From Vulcanimicrobiales bacterium (GTDB lineage: Bacteria > Vulcanimicrobiota > Vulcanimicrobiia > Vulcanimicrobiales > Vulcanimicrobiaceae), in assembly GCA_038215615.1 (NCBI GenBank), contig JBBQQR010000018.1:1-44686 (forward strand): a stretch of DNA of 44,686 nt. Reading direction: 5' to 3'. The position numbers and the translations under genes were made by a program. Under the pieces are notes generated by a model, which had not been told where the DNA came from, did not search any database, and saw only the letters and a program-made list of their open reading frames with translations. Below are positions 11,392 through 20,161 of the stretch, one piece after another (positions within the stretch are counted from its first letter, which is position 1; every line of letters starts with the position of its first letter).

Positions 11392-12618
11392 CTAGAATCG
11401 AATCACGGACCAAATTTGTGAGAGTTTGGGCGGACGTCCGTAGAGCAGCATACCGACGCGGTAGATCTTTCCGGCCAATACGGCGATGCCGTACGTTGCC
11501 GCGATATTGATTGCAAGCGAAAGCGCGATCTGCCATGCGGGCACATCGCTCACGACGATGCGCGCAAACATGACGAACGGCGCGATGAGCGGGATGAAGC
11601 TCGTGATGATCACAACGGGCGTGTTCGGCGCCCCCAGCGCGGTCATCGCGATGAGGAACGCGGCAACGATGGGAATGACCAGCGGACCGGCGAGTGCGCC
11701 GAGGTCCTCGGTGCGGTTCACTAAGGAGCCGACAGCTGCAAACATCGTCGATACCTGCAAGTAACCGAGCAAAAAGAACGCCGCAAAACCGGCGAGGTCG
11801 CCGGCCGACACGCTTGAGAGCGAAAACGTCGTAGCGCGCGAGCTATCGGCAGCCTCGAGCGCGGGAGGTGATCCGGGATGTGCGCCCAGCACGAAACCGA
11901 TCGCGATCCAAATGATCATTTGGACGATAGCGAGCGTGGCCGACGCCGCGATCTTGCCGCTGAGCAACGCGCTCGGATTCACCGAAGCGACCAGCATCTC
12001 GGCGATGCGGCTCGTCTTCTCTTCGGCGACCGAGCTCATGATGAGCTGGCTGTTGATCATAATCAGTATGTAAAGGGAAAAGAGCATAATGTAGGCGATG
12101 ATGCGCGCATCGTTGGCTTGAGCCGCCGTACCGAATTTTGAATTCGTCGCGCGAACGGTAATAGGCAATTTCATCGCCTTTGCGAGGTTCGTGCGCGACA
12201 ACCCCGTGGCCACTTGCAACGAAATTGGAAGCAAATCGCGCCGCAGGGAACTCACCGTGATGTTTCCAGGATCGCGTGCGTAAACCACGACGTTCATCGC
12301 GTGACCCAATCGGCGTAAGAGAATAATCGCGCTTATCTTTTTCGTGTCGTCCAGATCCGCCGGCGAAACCTTCGTTTTGCCCGGCATCGTAAGCACGACG
12401 TAATAGTCCTTGCGAAGCAGTGGCCTGGCTTGCGACACGAGTGTCGGGTCGCCGGCAAGCGCGACGCGGTTTGCCTGATTCATCACCGAGTCCATATAGG
12501 CCGGCAGTTTTATGATCAAGCCGATGCCGATAGCACCCAAGAGCACGCCGACGATGAAGATTCGCGACCGCAACCGTCGCATGGTTTCGGCGGAGTAGAC
12601 GGTGATGAACTCGTTCAT
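11392..12618 (-). CDS. ABC-2 type transporter permease (NatB/YhaP-like)
   Basis: SVAEEKTSRIAEMLVASV..LLSGKI, SFIPLIAPFVMFARI and KIYRVGMLLYG. Confidence 0.9.
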   Translation of the reverse strand: MNEFITVYSAETMRRLRSRIFIVGVLLGAIGIGLIIKLPAYMDSVMNQANRVALAGDPTLVSQARPLLRKDYYVVLTMPGKTKVSPADLDDTKKISAIILLRRLGHAMNVVVYARDPGNITVSSLRRDLLPISLQVATGLSRTNLAKAMKLPITVRATNSKFGTAAQANDARIIAYIMLFSLYILIMINSQLIMSSVAEEKTSRIAEMLVASVNPSALLSGKIAASATLAIVQMIIWIAIGFVLGAHPGSPPALEAADSSRATTFSLSSVSAGDLAGFAAFFLLGYLQVSTMFAAVGSLVNRTEDLGALAGPLVIPIVAAFLIAMTALGAPNTPVVIITSFIPLIAPFVMFARIVVSDVPAWQIALSLAINIAATYGIAVLAGKIYRVGMLLYGRPPKLSQIWSVIRF

Positions 12619-13514
12619 GCCGCGCCTTCGATCGTGCGTATATAGATGTCGTGCAAGGATGGCTCTATTGCTTCGAAACGCGTTACGGCTTCGACCGCGA
12701 CCAGGTTTCGAAGAATCTCAGGCAACGCGGTTTGGGCGGGCACTTCGTACAGCAGCTCGCCTTCCTCGCCCGGCAACGAATGCGCTCCGGGAACGCGCTC
12801 GAGAACGTCGCGGACCGCGGTGCTTGCCGGCTCGATGCGAATGACGCGTGTCGTCCAAGATCCGCGCAACTGCGTGAGTGTGCCCGAGGCGCGATTTTCG
12901 CCGCCTGTGATAATGCAGAAGTTGTCGCACAGCTGTTCGAGTTGCCACATTTGGTGACTGGAAAGAACGAGCGTCGTGCCGTTGTTCTTAAGCTCGCGCA
13001 GCGTGGCTAGCAGCATGTCCGCGTTCACCGGATCGAGCCCGGTGAACGGCTCGTCGAGAACCAGCAGCTCGGGATTGTGCACGGCCGCGCACGCGATCTG
13101 TACTTTCTGCTGATTGCCCTTAGAGAGTTCGGCACATGGCCGTTTGGCGTATTCGTTCAGGTCGAGATTTTCGATCCAGCGTTCCGTGCGCGCGCTGACG
13201 TCGGGTTCGACTAATCCGTGCAAGCGTCCGAAAAATGCGATCTGTTCGCGCACATCCATGCGTCCGTAGAGCCCACGCTCTTCCGGCAAGTAGCCGAAGC
13301 GCCGGCGCATGCGTGTGTCGATCGGCGTGCCCTTCCAGCGGATCGAGCCGCCGTCGGGCATGTAGATGCCGACGATCATGCGCATCGTCGTCGTCTTGCC
13401 TGCACCGTTTGGTCCGAGCAATCCAAACGTCGATCCCGTCGCTATCGAAAAGGAGACGTCGCGCACGGCGCGCACGGCGCCGAACTCCTTACGAACGTGC
13501 TGGACGTCGAGCAT
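12615..13514 (-). CDS. ABC transporter ATP-binding protein (NatA/YhaQ-like)
   Basis: Walker A GPNGAGKTT, GYLPEERGLY, signature LSKGNQQK, LDEPFTGLDPVN and C-terminal PSLHDIY. Confidence 0.93.
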   Translation of the reverse strand: MLDVQHVRKEFGAVRAVRDVSFSIATGSTFGLLGPNGAGKTTTMRMIVGIYMPDGGSIRWKGTPIDTRMRRRFGYLPEERGLYGRMDVREQIAFFGRLHGLVEPDVSARTERWIENLDLNEYAKRPCAELSKGNQQKVQIACAAVHNPELLVLDEPFTGLDPVNADMLLATLRELKNNGTTLVLSSHQMWQLEQLCDNFCIITGGENRASGTLTQLRGSWTTRVIRIEPASTAVRDVLERVPGAHSLPGEEGELLYEVPAQTALPEILRNLVAVEAVTRFEAIEPSLHDIYIRTIEGAA

Positions 13515-15036
13515 ATTTCTGCGGTGCGAAGATCATGATTGCTGCGGCAACAACGAAGCCGACGTAATACGAGAGATCACCGAATTGCGGATACGCGCTC
13601 GTAAACGGACCAACGTACCAGGCCTGGTTCCAAAACGGCAGTGACGCCAGCAGGCCGATGATCCACGCGTACAGACCGATGCGTATGCGCGCGCCCGATT
13701 CAAATTCTTCGGGCGGAACGTTTTGGCCGCGGCGATGCAGCCAGTCGATGAAGACGACCGCCGCCCACGGTGAAGCCCAGTACGAAAGCAGCAGCAAGAA
13801 GTTGGTGTAGAGTTTGGCGGTTTCTTCCGGATGGCCGCCGCCCGATGCGAGCAGAGCTCCGAGAACGCCGACGACGATCGCCGCGCGCCAGCGGGCTATC
13901 CGGACGTGAGCGACGACTCCGACAATCAGACCGACTGCAATCGCAAAACCCGCCGCAATCGGCGCGGGCGTGTGCGCGATCGCAAAGAGCCCGCCCGTCA
14001 GCAGCGCAAAGAACGCGCCGATCGCGACCGGCGCGCGTAAGGAAGATGTTGGAAATTTTACGACGAGAGCCGCCATCGCTCCCGAGTACAGGTTCATGCA
14101 GTTCGCGGTCAGCGTACCGAGCACGATCGTCAGCAGCACGAGGATGGCAACGATGTGGCCGGTGCCCGTCGAGCCGAGCAGTGTCGCGATGGCCTGCGTC
14201 GGACTTGCTTCGCCGAAATTTCCGCCGCGTACGGCCGTGACGGTCGCCGCGCCCATGATTTCGAGGATGACGCACGGTATGACGGTTCCTAAGAACGAGT
14301 ACGACCAGATTTTACGCGGGTCAGCCGCTGCCGGCAGATAGCGCGAGTAATCCGACGCGCACGGAACCCACCCCGTGGCGTAAGAGAAGCCCAGCGCGGT
14401 TGCCAGGATGATTCCGCCGATCTCTCCGCCCGATGCAAACGGCGCGTGAGTGTTGAACGCGGCATGCCAATTCGCGCGCTCGAACGTGATCACGCCGAGC
14501 AGCGTGAAACCTGCCGCCAGCAAGACGGAGCTCACGCGTTCGAACCAATGGATCATGTTGTAGCCGTAGACGGCCAGCAGAATCTGCAGCAGCAGCATGA
14601 TCGCGAGCGCGAAAGCGTACGGCAAATTCGTGATCGTCTGCAACGCGTACGCGCCGAAGACGGAGTTGATCGCAAACCAGCCGACGCCGGCCAAAAAACT
14701 CAATGCCGCCGGCAGCGCGTTTCCATAACGTCCGAACGCCAGTCGCGAGGCGACCATCTGCGGAACGCCGTACCGGGGTCCGAACGTGCCGAGAACGCCG
14801 AGCAGCGCGAACCCGACCACGTTTCCGACGATCAAGCCGATCGCCGCTCCTGCCAAACTTGTGCCATAGAGCGCGACGGCAAAGACCCCGACCATCCACG
14901 TGGCGATTTCGGCGTTGGCCGAGAACCACAAACCGAAGAGCTGGCGCGGATTGCCATGCCGCTGCTCCGGAGGGATATATTCGATGCCGGTGGGTTCTAC
15001 TTCGAGAACTTGATCGCGGTAGACCTTATCGGTCAT
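13489..15036 (-). CDS. NCS1 family purine/cytosine permease
   Basis: VEPTGIEYIPPEQRHG..FGLWFSAN, GPRYGVPQMVASRLAFG, GWVPCASDYSRYLP and FLLLLSYWASPW. Confidence 0.9.
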   Translation of the reverse strand: MTDKVYRDQVLEVEPTGIEYIPPEQRHGNPRQLFGLWFSANAEIATWMVGVFAVALYGTSLAGAAIGLIVGNVVGFALLGVLGTFGPRYGVPQMVASRLAFGRYGNALPAALSFLAGVGWFAINSVFGAYALQTITNLPYAFALAIMLLLQILLAVYGYNMIHWFERVSSVLLAAGFTLLGVITFERANWHAAFNTHAPFASGGEIGGIILATALGFSYATGWVPCASDYSRYLPAAADPRKIWSYSFLGTVIPCVILEIMGAATVTAVRGGNFGEASPTQAIATLLGSTGTGHIVAILVLLTIVLGTLTANCMNLYSGAMAALVVKFPTSSLRAPVAIGAFFALLTGGLFAIAHTPAPIAAGFAIAVGLIVGVVAHVRIARWRAAIVVGVLGALLASGGGHPEETAKLYTNFLLLLSYWASPWAAVVFIDWLHRRGQNVPPEEFESGARIRIGLYAWIIGLLASLPFWNQAWYVGPFTSAYPQFGDLSYYVGFVVAAAIMIFAPQKYARRPARS

Positions 15037-15608
15037 GCAGCGGTGCGTAGTTGAGCGCTCGTCACGAAGCGCACGCCTTGTTTTTCCATCTCCGCCAGCG
15101 CGGCGGTTTCATCAGTAGAAGAGACGTTTACCGCAGCGACCGCGTCGGTGATCACAAGCGTTTCGAATCCGCTCTGCACAGACGCCAGCGCCGTTTCTTT
15201 CACGCAGTAATCGGTGGCCAGCCCGGCGACGAAGATGCGCCGGATGCCGCGGCCGCGCAGCCGTTCGGCCAAGTCGGAGTTTTCAAACGCGCTATAGCCG
15301 TGCCACGGCGCCATCGTTCCTTTGCTCAGAATCTCATCGACGTACGCGAGATTCATCTGCGGCGCGAAGCCCGCGCCGTGCGTGTGCTGCAAACAATGGT
15401 AAGGCCACGTGCCGCCGTGATCGCGAAAGTGAGGGTGCTCTTTGGGATGCCAGTCGCGGGTGGCGACCACATAAGGAAAGAGCGGCATGATGCGTTGCAG
15501 CGGCCCAAAAATCCGATCGCCTTCAGCCGTTGGCAAAGCGCCGCCCGGAAGAAAATCGTTTTGCACGTCTACAACGATGAGGGCATCACCCGAACTGACC
15601 GTTTGCAT
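15033..15608 (-). CDS. pncA: Nicotinamidase/pyrazinamidase (isochorismatase family)
   Basis: ALIVVDVQNDFLPGGAL, TRDWHP, WPYHC, YSAF and GLATDYCV catalytic motifs; start set at ATG 15608. Confidence 0.88.
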   Translation of the reverse strand: MQTVSSGDALIVVDVQNDFLPGGALPTAEGDRIFGPLQRIMPLFPYVVATRDWHPKEHPHFRDHGGTWPYHCLQHTHGAGFAPQMNLAYVDEILSKGTMAPWHGYSAFENSDLAERLRGRGIRRIFVAGLATDYCVKETALASVQSGFETLVITDAVAAVNVSSTDETAALAEMEKQGVRFVTSAQLRTAA

Positions 15609-15610
15609 CG

Positions 15611-17005
15611 CTACCTGTTCTGAATCTGGGCCATCCACATTTCGACCGCATCTGGCGCCGACGGGAGGATCGCCGTGAGGTTGTCGCAGCCGGTGTTTGT
15701 CACGACGGCATCGTCTTCGATGCGCACGCCGATGCCGCGGAAGCGCTCGGGCACGGTGGCGTCGTCAGGCTGGAAATAGAGGGCTGGTTCGACCGTCAGC
15801 GCCATGCCTGCTTTCAATTTTCCGTACCGGTAGTTTTCCGTACGGGCCTTCGCGCAGTCGTGCACGTCGATGCCGAGCATGTGACTGGTACCGTGCAGGG
15901 TGTAGCGACGGTAGTACTGATTCTGCGGATCGAGCGCTTCGTCGAGCGAGCATTTGAGAATGCCCAAATCGATCAAGCCTTGCGCGAGGACGCGCATTGC
16001 GGCGCGATGCGGCGCCAGGAAATCGCTTCCGGGTTTGACCTCGGCGAATGCCGCGCGCTGCGCTTCGAAGACGAGATCGTAAACCGTGCGCTGTTCGGCC
16101 GAAAAACGACCGTTAATCGGAAGCGTTCGCGTGACGTCCGACGTGTAGAGCGATTCGGCTTCGACGCCCGCATCGACCAGCAATAAGTCGCCCTGACGCA
16201 ATTCGCCGTGGTTGCGGATCCAGTGCAGCGTGCAGGCATGTTCGCCGCTCGCTGCGATCGTGGAATAGCCGACATCGTTGGCTTCGATCCGCGCGCGCGA
16301 CCAAAATGCCGCTTCGACTTCGCGCTCGGAACGGGCGCGAGGAAGAATGCGAATGATGTCTTCGAATCCGCGCTTGGTGATTTCGGCACACGTGCGCAGC
16401 TCGGCAATTTCGTAGTCGTCCTTGATCAGCCGCATCTCGGCCAGATACGTCGCTAGTTCGGCATCTTCGTCGGCGTTGCGAATGGTCGCGCCCCGCGCGC
16501 GCAGTTCGTCCAAATAATTTTCTGTTTGATCCATCGGCCGGCAGCGGTCGACGCCGAAAAACAGTTGGCTCTCGTCGACGCCGCGATGGCGTCCGATCCA
16601 CAGTTCGCCATGCACGCGATCGGCAAAAAAAGCCTTGTCGCCGCGATTGTGGGCGGGCACGAACAGTACCGACTGGTGCGATCCGCCGGCAGGTTCCAAC
16701 ACGAGCGTCGAACCCGCTTCGCCCGGTCCGATCAAATATGCGAAATCACTGGACGAGCGGAAGCGGTAGTTCGTATCGTTGGACCGCACTTTTTCTTCGC
16801 CCGCGGGAACCACGAGCACCGCATCCGGAAACGCTTGCGCGAGCTGCGCGCGGCGTTCGGTGAAACTCTGCGTCGCTTTTGGGTGCGCGACGGTAATCGG
16901 CGCTTCCAGCCAGCCGCTCGACATGAAGTCGACCAAGGCTTGGGGCGTATCGGGGTCGTGGGCCGCTCTTTCGGGAGCCGCCGCTTCGCGTTTGCGCGTA
17001 TCCAT
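15611..17005 (-). CDS. pepP: Xaa-Pro aminopeptidase (M24B)
   Basis: AMP_N RSNDTNYRFR; metal ligands in DAG..SDVTR, HGTSHMLGIDVHD, TVEP and GVRIEDD. Confidence 0.92.
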   Translation of the reverse strand: MDTRKREAAAPERAAHDPDTPQALVDFMSSGWLEAPITVAHPKATQSFTERRAQLAQAFPDAVLVVPAGEEKVRSNDTNYRFRSSSDFAYLIGPGEAGSTLVLEPAGGSHQSVLFVPAHNRGDKAFFADRVHGELWIGRHRGVDESQLFFGVDRCRPMDQTENYLDELRARGATIRNADEDAELATYLAEMRLIKDDYEIAELRTCAEITKRGFEDIIRILPRARSEREVEAAFWSRARIEANDVGYSTIAASGEHACTLHWIRNHGELRQGDLLLVDAGVEAESLYTSDVTRTLPINGRFSAEQRTVYDLVFEAQRAAFAEVKPGSDFLAPHRAAMRVLAQGLIDLGILKCSLDEALDPQNQYYRRYTLHGTSHMLGIDVHDCAKARTENYRYGKLKAGMALTVEPALYFQPDDATVPERFRGIGVRIEDDAVVTNTGCDNLTAILPSAPDAVEMWMAQIQNR

Positions 17006-17022
17006 GGAGCCCTCTTTCGCGG

Positions 17023-17211
17023 TCAGCGCAGCTTGGTCTTGGCCTGTCGGCGCTGGGGCGCTTCGGCTTTGGGAACCTGGCTCTCAACGACCGCCGCTTC
17101 CTCGGCCGGTGCCGGGGCGTCGGCCGCCTTGGGAGGGGTGCGTTTCAGGTTGGCCAGGGTCGCCTGGAAACGCTTGGCCCCCGGGTCACCGCCTTTTCGT
17201 GCTCGTGCCAT
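17023..17211 (-). CDS. Small basic hypothetical protein (62 aa)
   Basis: GGGAG RBS about 9 nt before the ATG; fills the gap ahead of pepP on the same strand. Confidence 0.55.
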   Translation of the reverse strand: MARARKGGDPGAKRFQATLANLKRTPPKAADAPAPAEEAAVVESQVPKAEAPQRRQAKTKLR

Positions 17212-17278
17212 AGGTCTATTCTCCCACAGTATGGCGGTTCAACACAGGCTTCGGGCCCGGTCGCGTGTGAAAGTCGTT

Positions 17279-17306
17279 TTCACTTTTTTGGGTTTTGGGG
17301 TAGAAT
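17279..17306 (+). promoter_or_regulatory. Putative sigma70-type promoter for the peroxiredoxin operon
   Basis: TTCACT (17279-17284), 16-bp spacer, TAGAAT (17301-17306). Confidence 0.5.
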
Positions 17307-17343
17307 CAACCCTCACCCCCATTCCACGCATACGAGAAAGTGA

Positions 17344-17907
17344 ATGTCGTTTATGTTGGCACAGGTTGGCAAACCGGCTCCCGATTTCAAACTCAAAAGC
17401 ACCAAGGGCGCGACCAGCTCGAAGGACCTGGGAGCCGAGCTCGCGCTCTCCGATTACAAGGGCCGCTGGCTCGTATTTTTCTTTTATCCGCTGGATTTCA
17501 CGTTCGTTTGCCCGACCGAGATAACGGCGCTTTCGGATCGCGCCGATGAATTCAAAGCGCTCGATTGCGATATCGTCGGCGCGTCGACGGATTCGGTCTT
17601 CAGCCACTGGGCGTGGATCAACACGCCGCGCGAAAAGAACGGCATCGCCGGTTTGAAGTATCCGCTCGTCGCCGACTTCACCAAAGAGACCGCGCGCGCT
17701 TACGGCGTTCTTAATGAAGGCAGCGGCGCGGCGCAGCGCGGCTTGTTTATCATCGATCCGCAAGGCGTTCTGAAGTATGCCGTCGTGACCGACGACAACG
17801 TCGGCCGCAGCGTTGACGAAACGATTCGCGTGCTGCAGGCGCTGCAAACCGGCGGCCTGTGCCCGGCCGAATGGAAGCCGGGCAAAGCACTGCTGCAAAA
17901 AGTCTAG
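17344..17907 (+). CDS. ahpC: Typical 2-Cys peroxiredoxin (AhpC/TSA; B. subtilis YkuU/AhpA-like)
   Basis: [15 protein letters not shown] peroxidatic motif; [27 protein letters not shown] resolving Cys. Confidence 0.93.
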   Translation: MSFMLAQVGKPAPDFKLKSTKGATSSKDLGAELALSDYKGRWLVFFFYPLDFTFVCPTEITALSDRADEFKALDCDIVGASTDSVFSHWAWINTPREKNGIAGLKYPLVADFTKETARAYGVLNEGSGAAQRGLFIIDPQGVLKYAVVTDDNVGRSVDETIRVLQALQTGGLCPAEWKPGKALLQKV

Positions 17908-18380
17908 TGCCTTTGCGGATGCGCACCCCCCTCCCGTCGCTGGAGGGGGTTGCGGAGTGGGTCAACGGCAAGCCCAAGGCCGAAGACCTGCGCGGCTTTC
18001 CGGTCCTCGTGCATTTTTGGTCGATCACGTGTCATCTCTGCCATACCGCGGCGGAGCAGTTGAAAATCTGGCGCGATCGCTTTGAAAAAGAAGGCATGAT
18101 CTTCGTCGCCGTCCACCAGCCTCGCTCGCAGGCCGAACTCGACATCGAGGCCGTGCGCAAAGATGCGCGCGAGCAGATGCTTTTCACTCAGCCCTGCGCG
18201 ATCGACAACGAGCACACCATCGTCGACCGGTTTCAAAACGAGTTCGTCCCTTCGTACTATGTCTTCAACCGGGCCCACGAGCTGCGTCACTTTCAGGCGG
18301 GCGACAAGGGGCACGATCGCTTGGAAGCCGCGATCGCGCGGATTATAAGCGAGCCGGCCGAGGACGAAGTTCTGCAATAA
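17907..18380 (+). CDS. Thiol-disulfide oxidoreductase (YkuV/AhpT-like, TlpA family)
   Basis: HFWSITCHLC, VAVHQPRS, FQNEFVPSYYVF and LRHFQAG match recalled YkuV motifs; GTG 17907 overlaps the upstream TAG. Confidence 0.88.
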   Translation: MPLRMRTPLPSLEGVAEWVNGKPKAEDLRGFPVLVHFWSITCHLCHTAAEQLKIWRDRFEKEGMIFVAVHQPRSQAELDIEAVRKDAREQMLFTQPCAIDNEHTIVDRFQNEFVPSYYVFNRAHELRHFQAGDKGHDRLEAAIARIISEPAEDEVLQ

Positions 18381-18435
18381 ATTCCCTTCCTGGCGGGTAC
18401 ACTCATCGGGCGCAACACACTCGAGGAGGTTATTC

Positions 18436-18888
18436 GTGGACGCAATCAAGTTACTGAAGGAAGATCACAGGAAAGTCAAAGCGCTCTTCGAGGAAGTCGA
18501 AGGGCTGGGCGACCGCGCGTCGACGCAGCGCAAGAATCTGTTCCAGAAAATCGACGAGGAACTGACGCTGCACGCGAAGATCGAGGAGACGCTGTTCTAT
18601 CCGGAGTTCAAGAAACGCGCCGAAAACGGTGAAGAGCGTGACGAAATACTAGAGGCCTATGAGGAACACGGCGTCGTCAAAGTCATGATTGGCGAGCTTG
18701 AAGACCTCGATCCCAAAGACGAAAAATACAAAGCGAAGCTCACGGTGCTCAAAGAATTGGTCACGCACCACGTGAAAGAGGAAGAGGGCGAACTCTTCAA
18801 GATGGCGCGCGAGCTATTCGAGCCTGAAGAACTGAACCGGATCGGCGAGCGGATCGTCGCAGCGAAAGAAAAGGCGGGAGCGGAGTAA
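18436..18888 (+). CDS. Hemerythrin (HHE) domain protein
   Basis: DAIKLLKEDH, HAKIEETLFYP, EAYEEH and HHVKEEEGELF; GGAGG RBS. Confidence 0.9.
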   Translation: MDAIKLLKEDHRKVKALFEEVEGLGDRASTQRKNLFQKIDEELTLHAKIEETLFYPEFKKRAENGEERDEILEAYEEHGVVKVMIGELEDLDPKDEKYKAKLTVLKELVTHHVKEEEGELFKMARELFEPEELNRIGERIVAAKEKAGAE

Positions 18889-18900
18889 TCCGTTCCCTTT
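18876..18900 (+). terminator. Hairpin at the hemerythrin/cupin convergence
   Basis: GGGAGCGGA-GTAA-TCCGTTCCC: 9-bp stem with one G-U pair and a GNRA loop, followed by TTT. Confidence 0.55.
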
Positions 18901-18905
18901 CCTTG

Positions 18906-19385
18906 TTACTCTTCGCCGTCGAAATAGTCGAGCGATTCGCCGCGCATGAGCCTGCGCTCGGGTGAGCGTACCATCCATTTTCCGCTGTCCGGATAGTGAC
19001 AAGACTCGCCCATCGGATTGTCGGCAACGACGTAGACGACGAGATCCTCGCTGCCGTCGTTTTTTAATTGATGCGGCTGATCGGGCTCGAAGATAAACGC
19101 GTCGCCGGTTTCGATGGGCGTCGTTCCATCTTGGTGACGCACGCTGCCCTTGCCCGAAATCACGTGATAAAACTCCCACTGCATGCTGTGTGAGTGGTAC
19201 GGATACGGGACTGTGCCGGGCGGAATGCGCGCGATCTCGACGTCGAACGGATGACGCTCTTTCAGGTCCGTCGATTGCGGCCGGCGCCCTAACGCCTCGG
19301 AGATTTCAATGCCGAAACTGCTGAAGTTTCCTTTGGGTGAGGTCCAGGAGAGCTCTTCGATCGTCTTCGTATTAACTTTGCGCAT
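18906..19385 (-). CDS. Cupin domain protein
   Basis: PYHSHSMQWEFYHVISGKG..PHQLKN cupin motifs; C-terminal YPDSGK..DYFDGE. Confidence 0.88.
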   Translation of the reverse strand: MRKVNTKTIEELSWTSPKGNFSSFGIEISEALGRRPQSTDLKERHPFDVEIARIPPGTVPYPYHSHSMQWEFYHVISGKGSVRHQDGTTPIETGDAFIFEPDQPHQLKNDGSEDLVVYVVADNPMGESCHYPDSGKWMVRSPERRLMRGESLDYFDGEE

Positions 19386-19440
19386 GCTGGTTTGATTCGG
19401 ACCGCCGAAGATTTTTCATCGTCCCGCCGAAGCCCGGCAG

Positions 19441-19836
19441 ATGAGAATCATTCATCCGATCGCGCGTATTCTGCTCGGCCTCATTTTCGGCGTGCTGGGC
19501 GTCAACGGGTTCTTGTGGTTCTTCAAGGCGCCGCCGATGACCGGGCCGGCCGCCGAATGGCAAACCGCAATAACGGTCTCGCATTTCATCTGGTTCACAT
19601 CGGGCGTCCAGGTTATTGCCGGCGTTTTGCTCTTGATCAACCGCTATGTCGTTTTTGCGATTTTCGTCTTAGCGGCCCTACTCGCCAACATCTTGGCCTA
19701 CCATCTAACGATGATGCCCGCTACGATCGCGCCGGCGTTAGTGACTTTGGCGATCTGGTTCGTTGTGGCGTGGCCGCTGCGTGCATATTTCTCGCCCCTG
19801 TTTGTCAGCACTGCTCCGATCGATAGCAAGGCATAG
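19441..19836 (+). CDS. DoxX-like membrane protein
   Basis: ARILLGLIF..GVNGF, QVIAGVLLLINRYV and NILAYH; four TM segments. Confidence 0.75.
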   Translation: MRIIHPIARILLGLIFGVLGVNGFLWFFKAPPMTGPAAEWQTAITVSHFIWFTSGVQVIAGVLLLINRYVVFAIFVLAALLANILAYHLTMMPATIAPALVTLAIWFVVAWPLRAYFSPLFVSTAPIDSKA

Positions 19837-19838
19837 CG

Positions 19839-19970
19839 ATGCGATTTGTTGCCATGGCTAAAGGCACCAATGGAATCTAAAGCGGTCGTCATGCTACGCC
19901 CGAGTTCGTTGCGGGTTACTGGTTGCTCAAAGGCCAAGCCTAAGGACGAGGCCGTCGACTGGATCCGGAG
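19839..19970 (+). pseudogene. Degenerate YciI (DGPF-type) gene remnant
   Basis: Pieces across frames: MRFVAMAKGTN / ESKAVVM / EFVAGYWLL / KAKPKDEAVDWIR. These resemble recalled YciI motifs MRFMVxVKATxxSEAG and ExxxGYWxxxxKSKEEAxEW, with frameshifts and a central deletion. Confidence 0.5.
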
Positions 19971-20029
19971 CTCAGGGAAAAAGAAGAGTGCATACGGCTC
20001 AAACTGGGTAAGTAACTTTGGGAGGCTCT

Positions 20030-20161
20030 ATGAATTGTAAAGGCGCCGATTGCAAATGCCAGGCCGAGAGCGGTCAAGAATACTGCAGCGATTCCTGTAA
20101 GAATGACAGCGGGCACGGGCACTGTCATTGCGGCCACGACGGCTGCGGCCAAGCTCACTAA
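20030..20161 (+). CDS. Bacterial metallothionein (SmtA/BmtA-like), 43 aa
   Basis: Not in the ORF track. GGAGG RBS, then MNCKGADCKCQAESGQEYCSDSCKNDSGHGHCHCGHDGCGQAH. 8 Cys and 5 His, with YCSxxC and CGHxGC motifs. Confidence 0.85.
   Translation: MNCKGADCKCQAESGQEYCSDSCKNDSGHGHCHCGHDGCGQAH

Noticed and set aside
19953..19977. TCGAC...GCTCAGGG resembling a reverse copy of the 41.4-kb repeat
   Set aside because: The match is too short and overlaps YciI-like coding remnants
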